The notes: generated by a model from the sequence alone, not told the origin. DNA of 63,340 nucleotides, filler included, from Octopus bimaculoides (GCF_001194135.2; 6 parts of 6 records of this genome joined end to end with filler, not necessarily neighbours in it), one strand, 5' to 3'. Positions 37,552 through 48,904 are shown, counted from the first letter of the whole stretch. Made by a program: numbers and translations.

Positions 37552-38146
37552 TGTCACATAAAATATATTGAAAAGAGAAAATACCAGAGTATTGCAATGT
37601 TAAGCAAGATATTCTATTGAATGACACAGCTGTTTGATTTGCTGTGTGAAAAGGACACAAAAGCAACGGGCCGTTTACTTTATTAATATCCTAGTGTTTT
37701 GTCCTCATTTAATTCTCTCATTAATTAGTCACTCTTGTGTGAAGCTAACTAATAATTCATCAAAATCTCTACATGGTTCCTGAAGCTGCTAGAAATAGCA
37801 GCAAAATTTCCCTTAAAAAGTAGGAAAGGACGTTAAATAATGTTGTCCCAGATTCAATATAGCTGAATAAAAGATAGGATGGCCACATTTGGAATATCTT
37901 TCGTCATTAGATTACTGGGTCTGGATTGATCTGGAGTTAAACAACAACAGTCATTTTCCTGTTTGTCTGTCTGTTTGGAGTTCCGTCCCTGATTCATTCA
38001 ATGTCACATGCGAGACTGGCAGATAATTAAGACCACGAGATATTTTGTGTCCCGCCCTTAATAAAAGAGCTGGTTGGAGGAAACAAACTTGTGACTCTTC
38101 TGTTGAGAGACAGACATTGTAGTCACTTGATTACTAGAACTGATTG

Positions 38147-38555
38147 GGCATGGCAATGTGGTAAGAAGCTTGCTTACCAACCACATGGTTCCAAGTTCAA
38201 TCCCACTGCCTGGCACCTTGGGCAAGTGTCTTCTACTATAGCTTCGGACCGACCAAAGCCTTGTGAATGGATTTGGTAGACGGAAACTGAAAGAAAACCA
38301 TCATATATATGTACATATAGATATATATGTATGTGTGTTTGTGTGTGTGTGTTTGTGTGTCTGTTTATCCCCCTAGCATTGCTTGACAACCAATGCTGGT
38401 GTGTTTATGTCCCCGTCACTTAGCAGTTCAGCAAAAAAAGACCGATAGAATAAGTACTAGGCTTACAAAGAATAAGTCCCGGGGTCGATTTGCTCGACTA
38501 AAGGCGGTGCTCCAGCATGGCCACAGTCAAATGACTGAAACAAGTAAAAGAGTAA
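38147..38555 (+). mobile_element. SINE family A, full length
   Basis: Complete head, centre, microsatellite and tail, colinear with the other copies. Confidence 0.9.
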
Positions 38556-38789
38556 ATTAATGGTCTATTTTATTCTGGGTAGGAGAGAATAGATTTTCTA
38601 AAACCTTTAATCAGATTTAGGCACCATTTTTCGACAAACAGGCCGCATAAGACATGGCATATCAATCATCAGGTGGGCCGCACTATTAAAAAACAAAAGT
38701 ATCAACATGATTTATTGTTAGGCGTGTAATTCAGTAAGTCCCAACGTCTTCTTAAATCTTTAAAATTCCTCAACTCAAGCAGAAACGAA

Positions 38790-39094
38790 ATTGTTGTTGT
38801 TGGCACTCCGTCGCTTACAACGTCAAGGGTTCCAGTTGATCCGATCAACGGAACAGCCTGCTCGTGAAATTAACGTGGCTGAGCACTCCACAGACACGTG
38901 TACTCTTAACGTAGTTCTCGGGGATATTCAGCGTGACACAGTGTGACAAGGCTGACCCTTTGAATTACAGGCACAACAGAAACAGGAAGTAAGAGTGAGA
39001 GAAAGTTGTGGTGGAAGAGTACAGCAGGGTTCGCCACCACCCCCTGCCGGAGCCTCGTGGAGCTTTAGGTGTTTTCACTCAATAAACACTCACA
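38790..39094 (-). mobile_element. SINE family C, 3' part with (CAA)n tail
   Basis: Overlaps the 20121 copy in sequence (GAGTGTTTATTGAG.GAAAACACCTAAAGCTCCACGA); truncated by the spacer. Confidence 0.85.
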
Positions 39095-39194
39095 NNNNNN
39101 NNNNNNNNNNNNNNNNNNNNNNNNNNNNNNNNNNNNNNTTAATTAATTAANNNNNNNNNNNNNNNNNNNNNNNNNNNNNNNNNNNNNNNNNNNN
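39095..39194. other. Artificial scaffold spacer
   Basis: 44N-TTAATTAATTAA-44N. Confidence 0.95.
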
Positions 39195-39355
39195 TTGAAA
39201 TAGATTTCACATAAATCTGAAGATGGGAAACTCAAAACAGAAATGTAAGTAGTTATAAAAGGAAAACCTTTTTTCATGAGAAAACAGACGATTTAATTAA
39301 AGCATAAACTATTGACAGCTATACAATATGGTATTTACTCTCTCCATCCAGATGC

Positions 39356-39376
39356 AAAAAAAAAAAAATTAAAAAA
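39356..39376 (-). terminator. RNA polymerase III T-run terminator of tRNA-Phe
   Basis: T6 then a longer T-run starting ~20 nt downstream of the tRNA 3' end on the minus strand. Confidence 0.75.
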
Positions 39377-39395
39377 CTTATTGCCAACCTCCGGA

Positions 39396-39468
39396 TGCCG
39401 AAACCCGGGATCGAACCAGGGACCTTTAGATCTTCAGTCTAACGCTCTCCCAACTGAGCTATTTCGGC
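39396..39468 (-). tRNA. trnF-GAA: tRNA-Phe (GAA)
   Basis: GCCGAAATAGCTCAGTTGGGAGAGCGTTAGACTGAAGATCTAAAGGTCCCTGGTTCGATCCCGGGTTTCGGCA: 73 nt, complete cloverleaf, GAA anticodon, intact A and B boxes. Confidence 0.98.
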
Positions 39469-39577
39469 TGGCGGTCTCATTTTCGTGTATTAACCACTTT
39501 AACTAGAAACTGCTCTACTTCAACTACTGATTTATCAGTCAACTTGCTGTGACGCGCAGTAGTCAGGCGAGTAGCTG

Positions 39578-39591
39578 CTGTGACGTCACAG
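39578..39591. promoter_or_regulatory. CRE/ATF palindrome upstream of tRNA-Phe
   Basis: Perfect 14-bp palindrome CTGTGACGTCACAG containing TGACGTCA, with a half-site GCTGTGACG at 39546, in a locally GC/CpG-rich patch. Confidence 0.45.
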
Positions 39592-40629
39592 ATCCTGCCT
39601 CGTTCACTACTGAGCTCGCCATGGTTGTAGCGATTAGTAGTGTTTATATAATTTCTACTATCAGACTATGAAAATGTAAATATTACCTCGCTCCAAGAAC
39701 TTCAAAGAGATAATTAAGAGTATATTTATCCGTTGAAGAAAAAGGAAACAATAATCAATAAATACATAATATTTTCATAATTTCACATGTTCGAATGACA
39801 AATCCGAACTTGTTTATGAGAAGCTTTAGCGTCCATATGGTTTGGCTATGTAGTTAATGATGAAAGAATCAGAAATCCTCGAGTAGGAGTGAAGAATAGC
39901 GTGCATGTAAAAAAAAAATTGTTTTTAAAGACTTACGTTTAATTATTGCGAGATATCTACCACTCAGATAATTTTGTGTTAACATAGAATTAACGGACAA
40001 TTAAAAAGCTACTTAAAGTAAATTATGCATTAGGGAAAAGAAAACGTGATTAATATTTCTATCACGTCGACAAGTTCTTGTATGTTGGTTGGTGCGGTAA
40101 GATAGATAGTTAAAGAAGTTTTTCCCAAAGTGTGTTCCGAGTAGTTTCAAGGTTTCGGAGGAAAATTCTGGTCTTCGAAATAAAGTATCTTAATAACATT
40201 CAATGGAAATTTATTTTATAAAAATATGACAGTTATTAGTTCCGAAAAAATAGAAGTGTGTTATCGCTATAAGAAAATTATGTACATTANNNNNNNNNNN
40301 NNNNNNNNNNNNNNNNNNNNNNNNNNNNNNNNNNNNNNNNNNNNNNNNNNNNNNNNNNNNNNNNNNNNNNNNNNNNNNNNNNNNNNNNNNNNNNNNNNNN
40401 NNNNNNNNNNNNNNNNNNNNNNNNNNNNNNNNNNNNNNNNNNNNNNNNNNNNNNNNNNNNNNNNNNNNNNNNNNNNNNNNNNNNNNNNNNNNNNNNNNNN
40501 NNNNNNNNNNNNNNNNNNNNNNNNNNNNNNNNNNNNNNNNNNNNNNNNNNNNNNNNNNNNNNNNNNNNNNNNNNNNNNNNNNNNNNNNNNNNNNNNNNNN
40601 NNNNNNNNNNNNNNNNNNNNNNNNNNNNG

Positions 40630-40960
40630 TCCGTGAAATCTGTGCAAAAGACCTATGCTCGGTAAACCCGGGTCAAATAGGTGCTCCTGGCGACATTCTT
40701 GAGATGGATGAAACAGTCTTCTCAAGACGTAAATACAACCAAGGAAGTGCGCTTGCTACCCGAGAAGTGAGATTTTGGAGGAGTGTGTCACGAGACCAGA
40801 CATGTTTTTCTTTATGCGGTGCCATGTCCGAATCGCGACACGAACCACAATTTTCAGCGAATTGTGGTGGCCTAATCTCACATTCCTGAAATTGATGGTT
40901 ATAATTCTCGACATAGAACAGTGAACTACAGCGTTGAGTTTATTAGCTCGAAAGAGTATT
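40630..40960 (+). pseudogene. Merlin/IS1016 (ISXO2-like) DDE transposase remnant
   Basis: QIGAPGDILEMDETVFSRRKYNQG, then frameshifted FGGV...FLYAV and H.TVNYS, matching the Merlin pattern IGGPG.IVEIDES.F.KRKYNRGR...WVFGG...H.TVNHS. Confidence 0.8.
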
Positions 40961-41199
40961 TTTGTAAATTTTCGCAAGAAAAAAAAAAAAAGAAAACTTA
41001 CTGAGGATTTTTCTTTTTTATGTTGTTTACATGCCTATTCCAACATTTCACATTACTTTATTCTTAAAAACTTATTAAAACTTCAAAACTTTTTTTTATA
41101 AGTTTGTCGTCGTATTGTTGTTATAAACAACTCTTACGCACAATATATATATACATAAGATCATTTATATACATTGTGTAAAGAAATAGATGTTTACAC

Positions 41200-41355
41200 G
41201 TGGCTGTATGGTAAGAAGTTGACTTCCCTAACACAGAGTTCCGGGTTCAGTCCCATTGCGTGGCACCTTGGGCAAAAGTCTACTACTATAACCCAGGACC
41301 GACCAAAGCCTTGTGAGTGAATTTGGTAGATGGAAACTGAAAGAAGCCCGTTGTT
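41200..41355 (+). mobile_element. SINE family A, 5' half
   Basis: Head and centre motifs, ending in a (TA)/(TG) tract. Confidence 0.8.
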
Positions 41356-41389
<34 letters not shown>

Positions 41390-41419
41390 CGTGTTTGCAT
41401 GTGAGTGTGTGTATGCGTT

Positions 41420-42070
41420 TGTAGGGACCCCGCTTGGCCCTACCTGAGATTTGAAACCGAATCTACCCTTTTGTTGCTTGTCAAAAACAAGCGGGAAATC
41501 CTCTCCACACCAGATGATTAATGGGGAATCACTTGACCCCCAAGGACCTGTGCTGGCCAAGGAAAGGTCAGTCATTTATTTAGGGTTTGATCTACATTAT
41601 TGATCATAGTCTGATCAATTATTGATCAATGTTCTCTGTTATAACAGAGAGCATTTCCTATCACTTACTCTTTTATGCCAGTTAGACCAAGGAGCAACAC
41701 TCTCTTTTGCGTCAGCCAGATCAAGGAGCAACATCCTCTTGTGCGTCAGCCATGACCAAGAGTAGCACTTTCCCTTCACCCTTCGACATACGAAAAGAAG
41801 CTTTCGGCCGCAAGAAAGACGATGCCACCGTTATTCTTTCTTCCTTTCTAGTCAGTACCGTGCATTCCTTACTATTTCACTCTCATACTGACAGACAGCA
41901 ACTTCTATACTATCAACTACTAACCAACGAGCCAACCTTTTTGTCACCATCACTACAGTTACAACTGTCTCTTTAACTACCTCTCGGGCAAACGAATAAA
42001 TATATGTATGTAGTGGCTTCATGCAGGTATAGCGTGGATTCAATCCTCGATCGCCAAATTTCACTTAACA
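41420..42070 (+). mobile_element. Putative solo LTR
   Basis: TGTAG...TTAACA termini, AATAAA at 41995, internal ~34-bp tandem duplication. Only 3 bp (GTT) match on the flanks, so the TSD is not proven. Confidence 0.4.
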
Positions 42071-42211
42071 GTTCAACAGCACTTTGTATGGAAAAAGTAT
42101 AAACTCTGACACACTTCAAATGGTGTACTTGTAAACTCTGTTTAAAGTTTAAAATTTTGGAAAAAAAAATATAGAAATCCAATTGTTTTCATTGTATTAT
42201 TGATCATAACT

Positions 42212-42390
42212 AAGGCGGTGAGCTGGCAGAATTGTTAGCACGCCGAACAAAATGCGAATTTGTCGAATTTGCCTTTCGTCCTTTTGGGGTCGATAAAATA
42301 AGTACCAGCTGAGCACTTGGGTCGATGTACTCGACTTACGCCCCTCCTCTAAAATTTCTGGCTCTGTGCCAAAATTTGAAGCTGTTAGTT
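42212..42390 (+). mobile_element. SINE family B with 9-bp TSD
   Basis: ATCATAACT at 42203-42211 and 42391-42399. Confidence 0.85.
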
Positions 42391-42689
42391 ATCATAACTG
42401 TATCTCAAAATTACTAATAACACTTTTTTTGAAAACTCAAACTTCCTTTATTTTCTACAGCCTTAGACTACATTTTTAATATACCTTTGACATTTCTACA
42501 TACCACTTGCGCAGAACCGTTTCAAAAGCACTGCCCTCTAAATAATACTAATTTCTTCCACCAACGATGACGAAACGCTTTGTGCTGTACATTCGAATAT
42601 TTAATTTTTTCAATATTCCTATCACTGGAGTTTCCCATGTATACACATATTTTAGCTTAAGAACTTTGATGTTAGTCATTGTTTCCCGT

Positions 42690-45225
42690 ATTTCAGGAGC
42701 TGTTATCAGCCTTTCCCAGTGCTTCACCTCCGTCGTCGACACCCGCGACAACCCGTCGAGATACGATGAAGTCCAAACTCAGCTAACCGCTATTTCCGGA
42801 ACAGTTGAGAGGAAAAGCCGCACACCTCTGATTGGGATCAATTATCGTTTGTCCGTCGTGGTCCAGTAAGAATCGGATCGTGGATTCATTACCACACCGT
42901 GTCTTTGCCATTCGGGCCCACTGATTGGTTTTCGTCCCTTCATATCTAAGAGCACGCACCTTAGCTCTGACAACGCAACTTTCATGTTTCGCGTCAAAGA
43001 AATTTTCGAGTGCCAATCACGTCGGTCATAATGCCTTTTCTAAAAGCCTCACCTAACATCCTGACTAGCTCTGCCTCTACTCTGTTTCTTTCTACAGTTA
43101 GTCCTTTGCTAAACCTTATCGATTCTATTCTAATCACCCTTTTGAGGACTAACTACCATTTATTGTTGACGATTGCTCCATTAACGCCCGCTTAACTAAT
43201 TCACTAATCTGGTCTCTGAAAGCTTTGCGCGCCGGCAAGGACGCGTTCATCTTCCTGTAACCGGGTCTCTGTCTATGGGCCCTATCTAAGTGGACTGTAC
43301 AGATCACGAATCTGTGGCCTATGTAGTCGAGTGTTTTAAATTATGGACAACCTATGCTTTGCTTATCTGCTTCTCTATAGAATACCCTATCTAGATACGA
43401 CCTGAATAACCCAATGCGGGTTTGACCAGATCCACACTGGCCTATCAAGGAAATCCAGTCCATACTTGTCGGGCAGCTGGAATCGTCTGAGCAGGTTTGC
43501 GAGTTTTTTGCTCCCTCCTCCCCTATCTACTAAACCCACACAGTCCCACCGTGCACCTAAGACTCCATTCCAATCTCCCACTAACACTAAAGAGTGGGAC
43601 GTTCCCAGAAAAGTTCCAGACGCCTGATGAAATCTGATAGTCCTGATCCTGTCCGGTATAGACGACAATTAGCCTGACAGTATGTCCTTCATTGCCGGTC
43701 ACGTCCAGCACTACCGACTTAAATTCTGGATCCAGGAAGTTGGTCCGTATCAAGAGATCCGGATTTTTCCGAAATAACATGGCGACTCAGATTTCTGCTC
43801 CCGGATGACTTGGAGATACGTGCACTTCATAGTCACTGAAAATGGGTTGGAAGTCTCACAAATTCTGGTTTCAGTGCCCTGAAACCGTTGAGTAGGTGAT
43901 CCCGCTTCTAAGGCGATCCCAGGCAATGTGCATTTACGCTGCCTGTTCTGAGTACCACCATGTTATTTGCAAAAGAAAAAAAAGAAACTTTGTTGGTTTT
44001 GTTTGCAGGGGCGATGCTACTTGCAAATCACCAAGTATTCTCTTGGTAATGTTCCCTCGAAAATCTCCGATTTCATGAGGGAATTTGGTTTAAAGGTGTG
44101 TATGTGTCTTGTGTTTGAATTATTTTGATGTATATAGGTAGGGAGAGTGTGAGTGTAACAAAATCTGTTTGGTGTCTGTTTTTATGTAATTCTGCGTTTT
44201 TTTTAGTTAATTGCCATGTATTTAGTAATAGTAGTGTTTTTACTTTATATTTGCTGTTCTTGTCGATGTGTGTGTGTAGGATGGGTTGTTTATGGTACTG
44301 TTGATTGAGGTAGTGTTTCAGGTGTTTGTGGCAGTGATGGTGATGTAGTGTCTGTCTTGGGTGTGTATAGGTTTGTAGCTTTTACTTTTTTCCCTTTCCA
44401 CTATTTGTGTGGATGAGGATTGTTCTTTGTCTGTGGACTTGTTTTTCTTCCTGTCTTGTTTTCTTTTTCAACCCCTCGTCCTGATCAAATTCGCCATATG
44501 TGATGTCTGATCACTTGGTATCAGGAAGTGGAATATCTTACGGAGATGAGAAATTTCTGGAGGAATTTGATGTTGGCATTGTGAGTATTGGCACTGCCAT
44601 GGCTGATGTGGTTGGTGGTGATGGTGATGGTGCTGCCGTTGTTGAGTTAAGGTGACTGTTGTTGGTGCTGGGAGGAAAGGTGCTCTATTTTCATTTCCTC
44701 TCATTTTAGGGCAGAAGGCATTTAAGTGAATGGTTGAAAAGCAAATGTGACACATTGCCTTCCTTCTATCCACTCTGACTTGAATGATGATGCCTCCTGG
44801 AAGACGAATCTGGTCTGGGATGGCATCCACATTCTTTGGACTAGCTTGGATGAAGTTTTCTACCATCGTCCCCAACCGGTTCTCTTTTTTTGTTTGATAG
44901 ACTTCGAAGATGTTTGTGTTTTCTTCCATGTCTATCGTGACCACAGTAATTAGCCAAAGAATGGCTACTTCTGGCGGCACCTTTTACCAGTCTCTGGCGG
45001 CTGTAAAAATTATCTAACAACAGCTTCTTGCTTTTGTAGCGAGGCTCAAAGAAGCCAGTGCTATTTTGAAACAGCGAGATCACGCCTGCAACCATTGCCA
45101 TACGCGAGACAAAAACAATTATTTAAGGAAAAGACAACAACATTTTCCCTCTCATTCTTCTCACGCTGACGCCGAGCAAAACTTCAAAGCCAGGAGCTCA
45201 CAGCGGACTTTTGTTCCGCTGTGAT
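42690..45225 (-). mobile_element. L1/Tx1-clade LINE, 5' part: ORF1 with zinc knuckle and ORF2 AP endonuclease, decayed
   Basis: ORF1 CHICFSTIHLNAFCP (CCHC). ORF2 from ~43942: MVVLRTGSVNAH..., VRLIVVY, LVLVGDWNGVL (APE), then linker CVVRAKVRALRYEG...IRFLLDHDGQTIIDP and ERLITAPEIRETM. No RT motifs follow. Confidence 0.85.
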
Positions 45226-45463
45226 ACCACATGCATTGTCTTCAGAGGTTATTGAACCTCATGTGTATGGGAGAGAAGGCTAACTACGCATTGCTGTGAA
45301 GATGGTTACTGAAAGCAAACCACTTGTACGAAGCACCTGTGAATAAACGGTTATTGAATTTACTCCGCCTGAGAAATTCATTCTTCGTATTTCCAGCTCC
45401 TTGAATCAATAGAATAATTATAATGGAAGAAGAAGATACCCCCAAAGTATCATAAAAACCTTC

Positions 45464-45563
45464 NNNNNNNNNNNNNNNNNNNNNNNNNNNNNNNNNNNNN
45501 NNNNNNNTTAATTAATTAANNNNNNNNNNNNNNNNNNNNNNNNNNNNNNNNNNNNNNNNNNNN
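45464..45563. other. Artificial scaffold spacer
   Basis: 44N-TTAATTAATTAA-44N. Confidence 0.95.
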
Positions 45564-45706
45564 CGTGTTGGCTTTGGTGGCGGCGGCGGCGGTGGTCTTG
45601 GCGGTAGCGGTGACGCCGGTGGTGATCTTGCAAACTCGTCCGTTGCTGGATTTCAGTAGCGGGCCTTTTTTCCCCCCATCTTTACCCCTCTGACGTGAGA
45701 GTGAGT

Positions 45707-46124
45707 GGCGCAACAAAGGGGTAAGAAGCTCGCTTACCAACCACATGGTTCCGGGTTCAGTCCCACTGCGTGGCACCTTGGGCAAGTGTCTTCTACTATA
45801 TATAGCCTCGGGCCGACCAAACCCTTGAGTGGATTTGGTAGACGGAAACTGAAAGAAGCCCGTCATATGTATATATATATATATATACATATATATGTAT
45901 GCGTGTGTATGTGCTTGTGTGTCTGTGTTTGTCCCCCCACCCCACCCAACATCGCTAGACAATCGATGGTGGTGTGTTTACGTCCCCGTAACTTAGCGGT
46001 TCGGCAACAGAGACCGATAGAATAAGTACTAGGCTTACAAATAATAAGTCCTGGGGTCGATTTGCTCGACTAAAAGGCGGTGCTTCAGCATGGTCTGAAA
46101 CAAGAAGTAAAAGAGTAAAAGAGT
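45707..46124 (+). mobile_element. SINE family A, full length
   Basis: Colinear with the other family A copies; (AAAAGAGT)n tail. Confidence 0.9.
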
Positions 46125-46589
46125 ATATGTGAACTGAGAAAAATGTACATTGTCCCCACACACGCAGAAAAAAAAAAACTTTAACCCATTCTAAGTCGTA
46201 TGAAAAGAATGTTTATTAGCTGTTGGTAACTGGAATATGGTTCAGGTAGTGAAGTTCTTTGAATTGTTTGTTTGTTTCTTGTTTCGTTTTGGTTTGTTTT
46301 TTTCTTGCGGTAGTTGGTAGCTGAGGTATGTTCGTGGTAAAGATACTTCATTCATGGCTATATAATTGGTACCTTGGGGAGTCAAGGCTGTCTGTACAGT
46401 AAAGAAGAAAGCAGCTCAAGTGGAACCTTATACAGCTGACGATAATATCGCTAGCTTACAACGACAGTACTGAGGTTCAAATTGTCGTAAGGAATTCGGC
46501 ATTTGATGTGAAGAACAACACTCTCGTTTTATTAATGTTGTGGTTGTTGTGCTTATTTACTTGTGCATTTATTATCAGTGAAATTTGAG

Positions 46590-46980
46590 CTCGTTTCGTT
46601 CTGAGTTCAAATTCCACCGAAGTCGACTTTGCCTTTCATCGTTTCGAGAGTTGATAAAATAAGTACCAGCTATATACATAGCTGGGAGTCGATAGAACTG
46701 CCTATTCCACTCTCCTAAAATTTCAAGTCTTGTGCTTATAGCAGAACAGTTCATTCTTAAGGCGGCGTGCTGGCAGAGTCGTTAGCACGCCGGATGAAAC
46801 GCTTCGCGGTGTTTTGCTCGTCGCTACGTTCTGAGTTCAAATTCCGCCTAGGTCGACTTAGCTTTTCATCCTTTCGGGGTCGATTAAATAAGCACCAGTT
46901 ACGCAGTGGGTCGATGTAATCGACTTAATCTTTTCCCACCAAATTTGAGGCCTTGTGCTTCCAGTAGAAAGGATTATTAT
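46590..46980 (+). mobile_element. Two tandem SINE family B copies
   Basis: GTTCTGAGTTCAAATTCC module at ~46597 and ~46828; the second copy has a complete head from 46759. Confidence 0.8.
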
Positions 46981-47045
46981 AATTTTGGTTTTGGTTTGCA
47001 AGATTCTTTATGTGAGTTCGTGTGTTGAAGCATATTCTGTTGTGT

Positions 47046-47171
47046 CACACTCACCGGTAAAATTTCCACTCATTTACTTATTTATTTTTCTAAAATATTC
47101 GTTGCAAGAAGACAACGAAAATTTTGGTAAAATAACGAAGAAAATGAGAGGAAATTTTACCGGTGAGTGTG
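47046..47171. mobile_element. 126-bp MITE-like element with 22-bp perfect TIRs beginning CAC
   Basis: CACACTCACCGGTAAAATTTCC and GGAAATTTTACCGGTGAGTGTG; pairing extends to ~30 bp with one mismatch. No TSD seen. Confidence 0.6.
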
Positions 47172-47393
47172 TTAAATCATAAGGCACTAAAAGAGAATGA
47201 CTCTCCCCAGATACAACAGATTATTATTATTATTATTATTATTATTATTNNNNNNNNNNNNNNNNNNNNNNNNNNNNNNNNNNNNNNNNNNNNNNNNNNN
47301 NNNNNNNNNNNNNNNNNNNNNNNNNNNNNNNNNNNNNNNNNNNNNNNNNNNNNNNNNNNNNNNNNNNNNNNNNNNNNNNNNNNNNNNNNNNNN

Positions 47394-47679
47394 AAGGCAC
47401 CTACTATAATAGGAATTGTTTCTGTTTTTAGATTCCACATTCGAGTTACCTCTATTTCCAGGTCTTTGTATTTTGAAAGTTTTTCCATTTCTTTTAGAGA
47501 AACGTTGTCATCTGCTGGTATTGATACATCAATTAGAAAGCATTTTTTTTCTTCATGATCTTTGACAACTATATCTGGTCTATTTGCCTTAATTTCTCTA
47601 TCTGTGTGTATTGGCATATCCCAGAGTATGGTTGCTTTCTCGTTTTCTGTGACTTTTTCTGGCGTGTGTTTATACCTTA

Positions 47680-47682
<3 letters not shown>
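47394..47682 (-). mobile_element. 5'-truncated R4/Dong-like element: intact restriction-like endonuclease domain
   Basis: ILWDMPIHTDREIKANRPDIVV...LIDVSIP...KEMEKLSKYKDLEIEVTRMWNLKTETIPIIVGA (PD..D..K), open frame, between two (TAA)n arrays. Confidence 0.9.
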
Positions 47683-47752
<70 letters not shown>

Positions 47753-48904
47753 CACCATCATCATCCCAGATGCACCAAAAGTAATGGCGTTTTATATACG
47801 TGTGTGTGTGTGTGTTCGTGTGTATACATGTATGTATGCAGATGTATACATATATGTATACATATACATATATGTTATGTCTCTGTGTGTGTGCTCGACG
47901 CGCGAGTGTGTATGTGTGTGTGCTTTCGCTTGTGTGTTTAGTGGCGTCTTTGTTTGTGTAATGGGGAAGTTGTTGAATGTAGATAGTTTAATCAAAGTTT
48001 ACAAATTCTCCCACTTGGACTCATTAGTATAATTCGAAATGTAATGCAAGCGTTGGCAACTAGAGTTAATTGACATGCCTAAGGGTAGAAAAATACACAA
48101 ATAAAATTAAATGCTTTCTTTTCCCTCCACCACTACCGCTGTCTCCAACGTATACTAAGCGCTCAGCTCCACCCGGCCTTAACCCAAAGAACCTCCGACA
48201 CCGTTTAACGGCGACGGCATAACAATGCCTGCGTATTTAATCAAAAAGAAGTTTTCAACTCAACTCAAAACATCCGATTAAATTATTTTTCATGAATGTT
48301 GCAAATATCATGTGGACAAAGCTAATTCCTGTCGCTAATAGCTGGAGAAACTATAACAGCTCTTTCTCTTTCTAATTTATGCCGGACTGGAGAAAGAGAT
48401 GGAGGACATNNNNNNNNNNNNNNNNNNNNNNNNNNNNNNNNNNNNNNNNNNNNNNNNNNNNNNNNNNNNNNNNNNNNNNNNNNNNNNNNNNNNNNNNNNN
48501 NNNNNNNNNNNNNNNNNNNNNNNNNNNNNNNNNNNNNNNNNNNNNNNNNNNNNNNNNNNNNNNNNNNNNNNNNNNNNNNNNNNNNNNNNNNNNNNNNNNN
48601 NNNNNNNNNNNNNNNNNNNNNNNNNNNNNNNNNNNNNNNNNNNNNNNNNNNNNNNNNNNNNNNNNNNNNNNNNNNNNNNNNNNNNNNNNNNNNNNNNNNN
48701 NNNNNNNNNNNNNNNNNNNNNNNNNNNNNNNNNNNNNNNNNNNNNNNNNNNNNNNNNNNNNNNNNNNNNNNNNNNNNNNNNNNNNNNNNNNNNNNNNNNN
48801 NNNNNNNNNNNNNNNNNNNNNNNNNNNNNNNNGAGGGGGGGTTGACTGTGTTTGTGAAGCAAGAACAGAAAAAGACGCAAAAATAATCATTATCATATAT
48901 ATAA

